Assembly: GCA_964036045.1 (NCBI GenBank)
Contig: OZ038378.1
Coordinates: forward strand, 34,410,001-34,474,000
DNA length: 64,000 nt
From: Eutreptiella sp. 'Long Island Sound 2002'
Taxonomy: Eukaryota > Protista > Euglenida
Reading direction: 5' to 3'
The notes beneath the pieces are model-generated. The model searched no databases and was not told the origin of the DNA. It worked only from the letters and a program-made list of their open reading frames with translations. This document shows positions 1 through 10,644 of the stretch, in pieces. Position numbers and translations under genes: made by a program. Positions within the stretch are counted from its first letter, which is position 1; each line of letters starts with the position of its first letter.

Positions 1-1965
1 CGGGGTGACCAGTGTGCCGATGGCCCGCTCCCGGCGGTTGTAGGTGGCCAGATGGGGGAGACGGCGGAGGGCGCTCCGGCCCGCCTCTAGGCGTCGGGAC
101 ATCACCGGCCGTGTCACCTGGGAGCCCCCAATGGCGACATCGACCCCAAGCTGATGGAAAGTGTCCGCCAAAGGGATAGGGACACGGCGTAGCAGGAACG
201 CTAGGTCGCCTCGTTCCCCTTGCACCTTGGAGCACGACTTGTCCACGCGCACATCCTGGCCCATGATCCGGAGCCACTCATCGGTTGTGGGGGCTGTCCC
301 CTGAAGGGAGGCTCCCCCCAGGGCCATAGCCTGGGTGTCGTCCGCGTAGCCCAATGATCCCTCCGCGGCATACGCGGGTCCCGCGTCCTTGAGGGCTAGG
401 GGGGCCCCCGCCTCTAGGTCGGCCGCCGCCTCCTCGTCCAAGCAAGGGGGGGGGCCGGCCAGGCGCACAATTGTGGGCGTAGGGAGTCCACCTCCCACTT
501 CCATATCATGGTGAGGACATTCACCAAGATCACTGACAGCGGGCAGCCTTGGAGGATGCCGTTGGTGGCATGCCACCATCAGCCCAGGGCCCCAGGGACC
601 TTGAAGGCCCGGCAGAGCTGCTTGTACATGGTCCCGAGGGCACGGCACGTGCCCGGGTCCATGCACAACTCCAACACCAGGGCCAACACGACCGCCTGGG
701 GGATGAGATCGCCGCACTTGATGTAATCGATGCTCATTCCCGCCACTGCCCACCGCCGGAGGCGCCACAGCTCCAGAATATTTTGTGTCACCGTCGCCCC
801 GTCCAAGGCGCTCCTAGCGGGGCGGAAGCTGAAGGCCTCCCGGTGGGTCTAGGAAGCCTCTCACGCGATGGCCTCCAACAGGTGCACGCCCGCCCATACC
901 CGGTAGATCTAGGACAGGATTGTGAGTCCGCGGGTGTTCAGGGGTCCCGGTGGCCCCTCTTTGGGGATGAGGGCCGTGTAGCCCTCTGCTGGGCGCCGGT
1001 CACATGCCAAGGTGCTCCACCCCCGAAGGAGGTCCGCCGGCCAGCTCAACAGCCTATCGGAGAGGCACTGGAGGTCCGCCAGGCTCCAGCCGTCCACCCC
1101 AAAGGCCGAGGGCTTCATGTGGGAGAGGCCCTTGCGCAGGCGGCGACCATCCTGCAGCGAAGCGACATCAGGATCCGCCGGACATGCTGCCCGTATCGGC
1201 AGATGAAGGACGCCTGATCCAGTTTGGGGTCCACGGCATACTCGCGGTTTATCCGCCGCCACACCTCCTCCAAAAGGCCATCCATTTTCGCCACAGTGGC
1301 CGTGGTGGTGCTGTCCGGCTTGGAGAGGAATGTGACCAGTGGGGCGTAGGACTCCTCCTTGAGCCACCAGTACACCGGCCCGTGGTTGGTGGACGAGGCC
1401 TCCTCCAGCTAGGCATGCCACTCCTGCAGGCGCTCCATGTCCTCTGCCCGGAGAGTCGCCTTTGCCATGCTCGCCAGCGCTGTGCGGAGGCAACACAGTG
1501 GCTCTGGCGGGGCCAGCCAATCCAACGTGCCGCCCAGCTCCAAGCTCGCGTACGCTTGGCCTAGGGCGCGGAGCCGATTGAGGCGGTACCGGAGCGCACC
1601 ACGCGTGCACGATGCAAGGCGCCGCGGCACCCATGCCGTGCGGAGGGCGCTCCAGCTAGGGGAGCACTTCCTGGAGGGGCCCCCGGGTCACTTGGATGCG
1701 CGCCACGGGGCAGGTGAGTGGCTCCACGGTGCCCCATCGCTGGTTCGGGCAGAGGCGCACCTCGCCGAGCAGTTGGTGGGTCGCCCTACCCCGGTGCAGG
1801 TGCGGAAGGGCGAGCGGCAGAGCGGCCCCCACCGGCAGCATGTCCGGAGTGACATCCGGGCAAGAGAGGGCGAGGAGGGTCTCCTCCGCCGCGGTCCAGA
1901 AGGCCCACGCTTGGTCGACGCCGCCCGTGGCCAATGGCGCCCGCCAACCAGCCTTTAGAGTGTCT
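1..1965 (-). mobile_element. LINE-A non-LTR retrotransposon copy 1, linker/RT/thumb portion (decayed, runs off window start)
   Basis: Minus-strand frames give SIDYIKCGDLIP (DxxK-x-D motif), WWHATNGILQGCP-type motif and LGYADD (plus-strand gtcgtccgcgtagccc near 335-350). The DNA is paralogous to 7131-8377 and 13489-14190. Confidence 0.9.
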
Positions 1966-2379
1966 AGGCGGTGGCGCACTAGGGGCCCAGGGCTTGGAGA
2001 AGCCACTAGGGGAAGGAGGGGGGGTCATTCGGGGGGTCAACAACCTCAACTCCATCCCGTCCCCGTCCCCGTCCCCGTCCCCGTCCCCGTCCCCCTCGTC
2101 CACCACCACTTCCCCCTCCCCCTCTTCCTTAACCCCCCCCCCAGGCTGGTCTGTACCCCCCCCCTACCCCTGGGTCCTCTCCCTCTCCCTCCTCTCCCTC
2201 TTCTCCCTCTTCTTTTTCTTTTTCTCCTTCTTCTCTTTTTTCCGCCTATCCGAGGAGTCTTCGCTTGACTCCTCGGATGGCGGGTGTGCGGCGCGTGGAG
2301 GAGGCAGAGGTGGCGCTGAAGCTGCTGGAGGAGCTGCTGGAGCAGCTGCTACTGCCAGTCGCTGCTCCACTTGCGCGAT

Positions 2380-2580
2380 CTAAGAGAGCGAGAGGGTGGA
2401 AAAAAATTTAATTTTTGTGCCCCCGAGTTAATTTCTTGAAATTAATCTTATCTATCGAAAAATTAATTGATATATTAAAAATTACTGAAGGCGCCTACTA
2501 ATATTAATCTCGAAATATTAAACGAATCGCCGCAAACATTAATCCGTACACACAAGCAAGCATGCACAAGCGAAACACAC
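2380..2580 (-). other. GT-AG intron 2 of family 1 transposase, AT-rich with TTAAT/CTCGA motifs
   Basis: Minus strand gccctg|GTGTGT...ctctcttAG|atcgcgcaa, joining MFKANNEAL to IAQVEQRL in phase 0. Confidence 0.75.
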
Positions 2581-3683
2581 CAGGGCTTCGTTGTTCGCTT
2601 TGAACATGTCGGACAACATCTTTTTCATGGCCGAGGCGTCCATGGCAAGGAGAAAACAAAGCTAGCGGTGGGGAAGCAAGGGTGCAGGGCGGGGTGCTAT
2701 GGGTGGCCATGAGTTTGGCCATGGTGCATGGGGCGGTATGGGGGGTCCCGTAGTTGCGTAACGGGAGGTCAAATTTTAAAAACCACCACTCCCACACTTG
2801 TAAAACTACGTCCCCCTCCCGTTCTAGTTGGGTTGCCCCCGGCATCCCCCCCCCCCCCGGCCCGAGTGGTCATTGTATGCGCGCTTAAGGATGGCGTTGA
2901 GGCTCTCAACGACATCCGCGCACATGGCACCCAACCCAACCCCCAAGCGGCGTGCATTGGCCACGGCCTCGGTGACATCCTCCTCCAAATAGAGGAGGTA
3001 GTTTGATTGACACCTCTCCTTGTAACAATGTACACGGTAGGCGCATGCCACCTCGGCCGCACGTAAGTCCCCGGGGGCGGCTTGTCCGTGTACAACTCCC
3101 GGAGGAGGTCACTCATGGCCACGACGGCTTGCCATTCACCATCCTCCGGGACGTAGTCCAACAACGGACCAAGTTCCTTCCACGCGAGGAACAACGCACG
3201 GGCCTCCTCCCCGTCGGGTGCCCCCGTCGCACCCATTTTCACACCCGTGCGGGCCCGGTACAGGACCCGTTGCACGGCGTCGGCGTTCTCCTTGGGGAGA
3301 TCCACGAGGCGTGTCTCGATGAACGCCACTTGGGGCCCGCCTATGGCCATGCAACAATGGAGGATGCATAGGAAAACCACGCACCGGTCAACCACAATGT
3401 GTGGATCCCCTATGCATCCCCCATTCTGCAAGCTACGGCCGGTCTCCTTGTAGCGGCGGCGGGCCGCCTCCTCACGCTCCAAGGTGCGCCGCGTCGCCAC
3501 GTTGACCCATGCCGCCGCAACCTTGTCCCACAGCCCCATATTGTAAATTGAGCCCACCAAGGGCGAGGTGGACACACCGATAAGGCGCCCCACAAACGGT
3601 TGGTCTCCCCCGATGACCAACCTGCTTGGCCCCCAGCGCGACACCCAGTAAAACTTCTCGCAGTCTTGTATGGACTGCAATAC

Positions 3684-3832
3684 CTACAAAAAGGACACGG
3701 ATTAACATTTACATTAATTTCTCGAGATTAATATTAAGTTATTTTTCAGTTTGTGTTAATATTAACTGAAAACTAGATATTAATCTCGAGAAATTAACGC
3801 AAAAATTAACAAACAACGAACGGGCCACAAAC
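3684..3832 (-). other. GT-AG intron 1 of family 1 transposase containing a perfect 21-bp inverted repeat
   Basis: ttgaag|GTTTGT...ttttgtAG|gtattgcag joins NLK to VLQSIQD. The arms 3714-3734 (ttaatttctcgagattaatat) and 3777-3797 are exact reverse complements. Confidence 0.85.
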
Positions 3833-4858
3833 CTTCAAGTTATCGGCCCATATCGTTGCAAGTGCCGCCATGTCCTTGTCCCCGCACACGGCCATCCCTA
3901 TCACCCACAAGTACGCGGGTGTGCGGCCTCGTGCACCGTGGTTGAGGACCCCAATGGAGAGTTGGGTCTAACTACCTCCGGCGCACGGGTACGCATCCCC
4001 ACGCACTATGAAGGTTAGGGGCCTTGTCCAATCGATGGTGTCCGCTAGCGATGGGCATGATTGGACGTACCGGGCCAATGAGGGTAGCGGCCAAGAGCGC
4101 CCACTCGCGGGGGGATCGGGGACGGACACGGGTGGTCGTAGGTCAAGGGGGGTGACCAACTGCTTCCATGTGTCCGTGAACGTATCCCGAGTGGGGATGG
4201 GGCGGGGAACGGGAGGCCCGTTGCGGCCGTGTAGGCCGACCCCCGGTAGCTCATGTACTCCGACACGTGCCGGAAGCCGAGCTTGGGGACGTTCAAGTCC
4301 ATGAGGAGGCCGATGAGGTCCGGGGCCGGGAAGAGGAGGGAGGCATATTGCTTCACCGCCTCCTTTTGCTTGTCGCGAATAAGGGAGGTAGCCAACCTCC
4401 GTGGCCTCCGACCATCGGGCCCGGGCCAAGGGAGATGAAGCCACCCACTCACCAAGGAGTTGGGAGACCACCGGGTCCCACAAACTCTTGGCCCCAATCA
4501 AACCCACGAGCGTCATGTCAAGCTCGGTAAGGGTGTCCCGAGAGACAGGCATAACAAGGACTATACAAAGGAAAATGGTGGTGTGGAGGGGGGGGGGGGG
4601 GGCGATGCGGGCAACCGGAAGGGGGGTGCCCAAGACACCCACCAACACAACATTGGAACCTCTCTACCGTACCGTTGTGCAACAACATACCACGTAACAC
4701 CCCTTATGGGTCCTCATATGTGCATGGAAAAATGGGTAGAAATGGCCCAATCAAAAAAATTGAGCTTTCACCTCTTACTATTTGCGAGATTCATATATTA
4801 ACGGCTTCATATATTATTATTAAATTCACCATATTTACTTTAACCTAGGTCACCGGGG

Positions 4859-6715
4859 CACGCGACGGGAAGCCCCCCGCAAGTGGAGGCCGAAGTGAAC
4901 CAGGGTATGGCCCAGTATTGTCCCGCGCGGGACTACCTCTGCCGCGTGCGGGAGCGCCGCTAGCGGCGTGTCCAACAGCAGCCGGTGGATGCGCGAGGGC
5001 CGCGTGCCCTTCGACCCCTGGTAGGAGCCGAGGGGGGCCCGCCCGGTGGCCAACGCGAACTTGAGGTCCGCATCCACCAGTCGGTGGACGAGGAGGACCG
5101 CTAGGTTGGATGGCGGGGCGCAACGCGTGGTTGAGGTCAAGTGTGAGGTCTCCGTACACCAACTTAGGTGCTGCCCCATGCCGCACCACATACTGAGCGG
5201 CATGGTCTCAGAAGGCCCATTTCAAGGCCGGCTGCAAGGAGACGCCATAGGCCGCCCAGGCGTGCAGCGACTGCGACCCCCGCCCAAACCCCACCAGGAC
5301 ATGCCACCACCGGGTAGAGTGCCAAAGGGCTTGACCCAAGGAGTCTGCCTTGTCCTGGAGCGCCCTTTTAGGGGAGCACCTGCCTCGCCGGGATGGCGTG
5401 GCGCACCAGGATGTCCATGCCCCCGGGCGGCGCGTCCCAAATGCCCCCCGGGACTCTAGCGGCGCGCCCGAGAAGGCCTGCCACCCCAACGCCCCCGCTT
5501 GGGCCCGCATCACTTGTTGGGCGACCGCCGTCAGTCGGGTCTTAGAGAGGAGGACCAAGTCGGCCTGCCAGTTGAACACCGTGTGCCAATGCATGCATAG
5601 GGACGTGACATTGGTCTGTGCCACACACAAAGGCCCTGGGTGGGGATGTACATCTCCGCCATGCAATAGGAGGGGGGGGGGGGGGGGCTCTGTCCCCCCC
5701 TCCCTGAGCTTAGCTCTGCAAAGTGAGACAACATGGGCTGGGCACAGGGAGGCCCCATGCGGTGCCCCCTTCCTAGGGAGACCTCATGGTAAGTGGGTGT
5801 GTAGACACCCTCTTGCCGGTGAAGAGACCCGGGCCTCCAGGCGCCTCCATATGGGTTGGGGTGTGGAGGGTGGGTGGGGGGGAGGGGGTGCCCTCAGCAC
5901 CCCGGCATAGTGGGGGGGGGGGGGCTGTCCTCAATCCACCGAAGGATAACACATCTAGTGGTCAGTGAACAAGGGACAAGGGGATAGGTTAGGGGCAACT
6001 GCGCATGCCTACAAGTCAGCGGCGGACCCAGGGCCGTAGGCGCCCGTAGCGCCAGCTCCGGGCTCAAGGAGACGAAGGTCACCAGCCGGAGCTGGGCACG
6101 CCCGGCGGAGGGGGAGGGCGGCGTGCGGGGAGGTGGCGGGCCATTGCCGCTGACAGGAGGCATGGCGAGGGCTGGGGTTCGGGAGGGATGACAGTGCTTC
6201 CACCCCTCGGCGAGGCGATCGGCCTCGGAGGCCGCTTTGTGGACGAGGTCCCGGCGGTGGCTAGGGGGGACGCGGTGGAGGATGTTTGGCCACAAGGCGG
6301 TGGCCCAGACCTCGCCCGGCTTTGGCAAGGTGACCCACCAGACGTCGTTGACCCTGGGGAGCAGGGAGTGCACCTCCGCCGCCACCCCGCCACGTCGTCG
6401 AGGGGTCAGTGTCCAGAGGGGGGGGTGGCAGGCGGGGTTGTTGTCCCACACCCGGCCCCACCAATCCACCGCCGAGGCGTGGGGCCTGCCAGCGGCTGTC
6501 TCTCCCTCGAAGTTTGCGGAGGTGCGAGCAATCGGGGGGTCCCAACGGTCCACTCTCCCGCCATGGCGGGCCAGCCTCCACAACGCTTGGGCGCTTGGGC
6601 AATGGTCACCCCCTTGGTCCCAAACTCCAAACTCTCGAGGGGCCCTGCATAGCGCACAGCCACATGGGGCCATCCGCGCGTTGATTGTCGGTTTGCCACC
6701 ATTTGTTCCAAGCAC
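4859..6715 (-). mobile_element. LINE-A copy 1, APE endonuclease plus upstream region
   Basis: QADLVLLSKTRL, LVYGDLTLDL and SRIH...GH endonuclease motifs; paralogous to 14270-16125. Confidence 0.85.
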
Positions 6716-8377
6716 CCGCACCCGGTGTTCGACTCGGCGGAGGGGCTCCGGCGCGAGGTGCAGCGGATATTGCCGCAGGGGATGCCCCAACACCACCAGC
6801 CCTCATACGGGCACCAGCCAAGTGCGGCCGTTGTTTGGAGTTTGCGCCCCACCGGGCACGTCCTAGCCGGCCGCCCCCCCCGATTCCTAGATGGCCTAGG
6901 TGTAGACCTGGGCGACCCCCGGTCGCCGGGCTACCCAGGCCATCCAAAGCACGCGCTCGTAACGGGTGTGCATTACAGGGGAGATGTGGTGGCCCTTGGT
7001 AAAGACAGAGAAGACGATCTCCCTGGCCCGGGACAAGTGCGTGGCACGCCACAGGGCCCTCAGGACCACGGTGTCCAGCCCCCACGGGTCGGAGACCGTC
7101 ATGGAGGTGGCGGCCACCCCATGCAGCGCCAGCGGGGTGGCCAGCGTGCCGATGGCCCGCTCTTGGCGGTCGTAGGTGGCCAGATGGGAGAGACGGCAGA
7201 GGGCGCTCCGGCCCACCTCTAGGCGTCGGGACAACACCGGCCGTGTCACCTGGGAGCCCCCAATGGCGACATCGACCCCAAAGTGATCGGAAGTGTCCGC
7301 CAAAGGGATAGGGACACCGCGTAGCAGGAACGCTAGGTCGCCTCGTTCCCCTTGCACCTAGGAGCACGACTTGTCCACGCGCACATCCTGGCCCACGATC
7401 CGGAGCGACTCATCGGTTGTGGGGGCTGTCCCCTGAAGGGACGCTGCCCCCAGGGCCACAACGTGGGTGTGGTCCGCGTAGCCCAATGATCCCTCCGCGG
7501 CATACGCGGATCCCGCGTTTTTGAGGGCCCCGCGGCCCCCTACCTCTAGGTCGGCCGCCGCCTCCTCGTCCAAGCAAGGGGGGGGGGGGCGTTCGGGCGC
7601 ACACTTGTGGGCGTAGGGAGTCCACCTCCCACTTCCATATGGTGGTGAGGACATTCACCAAGATCACTGACAGGGGGCAGCCTTGGAGGATGCCGTTGGT
7701 GGCATGCCACCATCAGCCCAGTGCCCCGGGGACCTTTAAGGCCCAGCGGAGCTGCTTGTACATGGCCCGAAGGGCACGGCACGTGCCCGGGTCCATGCCC
7801 AGCTCCAACACCAGGGCCAACACGACCGCCTGGGGGATGAGATCGCCGCACTTGATGTAATCGATGCTCATTCCCGCCAATGCCCCACGCCGGAGGCGCC
7901 ACAGCTCCAGTACAACTTGCGTCACCGCCGCCCCGTCCAGGGCGCTCCCGGCCGGGCAGAAGTCGAAGGTCGCCGGACGGGCCCAGGAAGCCTGTCACGC
8001 GATGGCCTCCAACAGATGCACGCCAGCCCATAGCCGGTAGATCATGGACAGGCTCGAGAGTGGGCGGGTGTTCAATGGGCCCCGGCGTCCCCTCTTTGGG
8101 GATGAGGGCCGTGTAGCCCTCGGCTGGGCGCGCCCGTCACATGCCCAGGTGCTCAACTTCCCAGAGGAGGTCCGCTAGCCAGCTCAGCAGCCTATCGGGG
8201 AGGGAGTGGAGGTCTCCCACACTCCACCGCTTCATGTGGGGGAGGCTTGCGCAGGCGGCGACCATCTAGCAGCGAAGCGACCATCTGTACCCGCCGGACA
8301 TGCTGCCCGTATCGGCGGAGGAAGGCCGGAGGATCTGGCTCGGGGTCCACGGCATACTCGCGGTTTATCGACCGCCA
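6715..8377 (-). mobile_element. LINE-A copy 2, RT/thumb portion (3' truncated at ~6715)
   Basis: SIDYIKCGDLIP, QGCPLSVILVN and LGYADH (degenerate YADD). Continues at 13489 beyond the DNA-transposon insertion. Confidence 0.9.
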
Positions 8378-8410
8378 CCCTTGGTACACGCTAGAAGACC
8401 CAATCTCGTT
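8378..8410 (+). repeat. Left TIR of family 2 element (CCCTTGGTACACGCTAGAAGACCCAATCTCGTT)
   Basis: Reverse complement of 13456-13488 with 3 mismatches. Confidence 0.92.
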
Positions 8411-8583
8411 CTGACCTAGTACTTATAGACGAGATGTTCTCACCTAGAATAGATCAATAGTAGAAGGATACAATGTCTACCATCATTGTTCTGCCGTGCA
8501 TGCTTGCTATTGGTCATAGTGTATTGTGCGATGGTCCCTTCTCTCACGCTGCAATATTGCACATTTTTTACTACAGGAATTGA

Positions 8584-10497
8584 GTGGGGCTTCTAACCTC
8601 AAGGATGAGCGAGTGGGCCATTACTTGGCCACGTGGGCGCTATCATGGCCCCTATCACGGCAACCATTTCAACAACGCCGTCCAATATGTGATCACCGCC
8701 AGTTGTGCCCAAACCACGTGTGAGGCATGCAAGGCCGCCGTTGAGGCATACGCCGCCTCCCTACTCACCCCCACTGCCATGTGTGAACTTGTGCTCAATA
8801 TGAGGGCCCCCAAGTCCTCGTGGAGGACCCTCTCGGAGCTCTACACGCTCCGTGAGTACCACCGCACCGTCCCCGGTGGCCCGTACTCCCGTCCAATTTG
8901 CACCAAGCGGGACTTCCAGGCCCGTTGGAAGGAGTTTGTCGGCCCCGTGGAATTGGATCCCCCCATTGCCACGGTGTTGCCCAAGGCCCCCAGGATCTCA
9001 TGGCCCTTCGCCTCATGGGTCAAATATGTCCTCTCCTGGCCGGGCTTGGTGCGGTCAATCAACCGCAACTTCCCATTGACGTTCATCGTCTGGGAGGATG
9101 CCTACCCCGTGGCCGAGAGCAATTGTACCCAACTCACCATCTCCTTGGCCAACTTCGACCGCTTGGCCCGCTCCCCCGTGGGCCTTTGGGTGTTGAGCAT
9201 GGCCAATTGCGATGACAAGGCCATGGACACCCTTGGGACGTTGTGGAAGAGCAATCGGGAGGTACTGGTCTCACCTAGTGCCTTTCACTCGTTCTAGTTT
9301 TGTTCTAGTTAGCCTCGGACACCGCTCGCTAGAAGCTAGGCTAGACTAGTCTAGAAGGACATGAACCACCCCCAATGTCTCGTGCTTAGATGATTCAAGA
9401 CATCATCGACACGGGGCTCGTCCAATGGGGGGCCTCCAAGGAGGAGGCAAAGGTGATCCTCCAGGGGGGTCAACTGTGGACACGAAGGGTGAACGGGGTG
9501 TCCACATGCCCCCAAGTGGGCTCCATGTTCAATGAGGGGATATGGAATGCCCAAAAGAAGACTTGGGAGGGTAGTGCTATCCCGCGGACCATGAAGGGTG
9601 ATGAGGCCCACTACACGGCCTTCCTCTTTGGGACGCCTTCTTTGCAAGCCGCTGGCTTCAGTACGCAGCGGATTTTGCAATTGCCACGTGCCTAGGTCGT
9701 CTTGTGCATCTTGCACTTGACAATGGCCATGGCCCGCTTGTTGGAGGAGTTTGTCGACCGTGAGGTTAGGGCGGTCACCCCCTCGCTCCGTCAAGACTTG
9801 CAAGTTCTCCTGCCAGAGAGGCGTGTAGGTTGGAACGTTTATGGGTCAGCTTCCCCGGACGGGGAAGAAACGGCCAATTTTTTTGAGGCATGGCCCGATA
9901 TTGCTAGGTGCCTTGGCATTAGGCCAAGCTTGGCCAAGTACAAGGCCATCGCGAACCTGTGGGACCTGCTGCAGGCCCTCTATTGTACATATCAGCGCCC
10001 TAACCCATTGAACTGTCTCGCTGTGGCAAAGGATTTCCGTCGGCACTGCACCCTTGGTACATCATCATCGTAGCTTTTGAGCCTAGAGCATGATGTAGAT
10101 GCAATGTTGCAGAACATTTGGCCATTTGGGTTGGCCATGTTCTCTGGTGACATTTCAGAAAGCATCAACCCCGTTCTGAAACATGGTCCTAATGAGCACA
10201 GCACTAGGGGGGCTGTCAAATGGAGGGGGTGGATGAGGTGTTAGGGTGTAAATGGTCGGCCATCCACGCGGAGGCCGGTGTGCAAGCACAATGCATGACA
10301 TGGCTATTTGCATACTTTGACGTGTTGTGGGTTGTGCACGGGGGGCCCTGATCGCAAGTTCCATGCTCGGTCAGGGATGCCATGGAGGTGAGGAGGGGCC
10401 AAGGCCACATGCAGGCTTCCCTCGGACAGACTCTAGACTCTTCAGCAGCAGCAACATGTCCGCCCAGCAGGATTTCATCGAGCAGATCTTGGAACAG
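8584..10497 (+). pseudogene. Family 2 spliced DDE transposase (exons ~8584-9261, 9390-10497)
   Basis: LTFIVWEDAYP, VILQGGQLWTRRVNGV (second catalytic D position is G), VLCILHLTMAM and GDISESINPVLK align with family 1. TAG stops at 9693 and ~10071. Confidence 0.82.
9262..9389 (+). other. GT-AG intron 1 of family 2, CTAG-rich
   Basis: cgggag|GTACTG...gtgcttAG|atgattcaa joins NRE to MIQDIID, at the same position and phase as family 1 intron 1. Confidence 0.85.
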
Positions 10498-10644
10498 GTA
10501 TTTTATCGTGCGTTCTAGCGATGATCTAGGGAAGCGTTCTAGCGTTGATCTAGGCAGCACGATTGGTCGCTAGAACGTCGCTAGAACGCCGCTAGAACAG
10601 TTGCCTAGAACGTCACTAGAATGGAGCTGCGATTTTTGTTTTAG
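10498..10644 (+). other. GT-AG intron 2 of family 2 with inverted TTCTAGCG/CGCTAGAA array
   Basis: gaacag|GTATTT...gttttAG|caacac, phase 0. Two CGTTCTAGCG copies are followed by three CGCTAGAAC copies plus variants. Confidence 0.85.

Larger units (their letters stand above)
2164..4700 (-). pseudogene. Spliced DDE transposase, RAG1/Transib-like (exons ~4700-3833, 3683-2581, 2379-2164)
   Basis: Motifs IVRGDAYP, IGGDQPFVGRLIGV, LCILHCCMAIG and DVVESLNAILKR; K/E-rich C-terminal exon. Contains a TAG stop at 3968 and frameshifts. Confidence 0.8.
1965..4858 (-). mobile_element. RAG1/Transib-like DNA transposon family 1, copy A (one end deleted)
   Basis: Reverse complement of 56108-58750. Ends at 4858 in a degenerate TIR (tttaacctaggtcaccgggg vs tttaatttgggccactaggg), after which LINE-A sequence resumes. 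The other end is lost together with roughly 80 bp of LINE. Confidence 0.85.
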
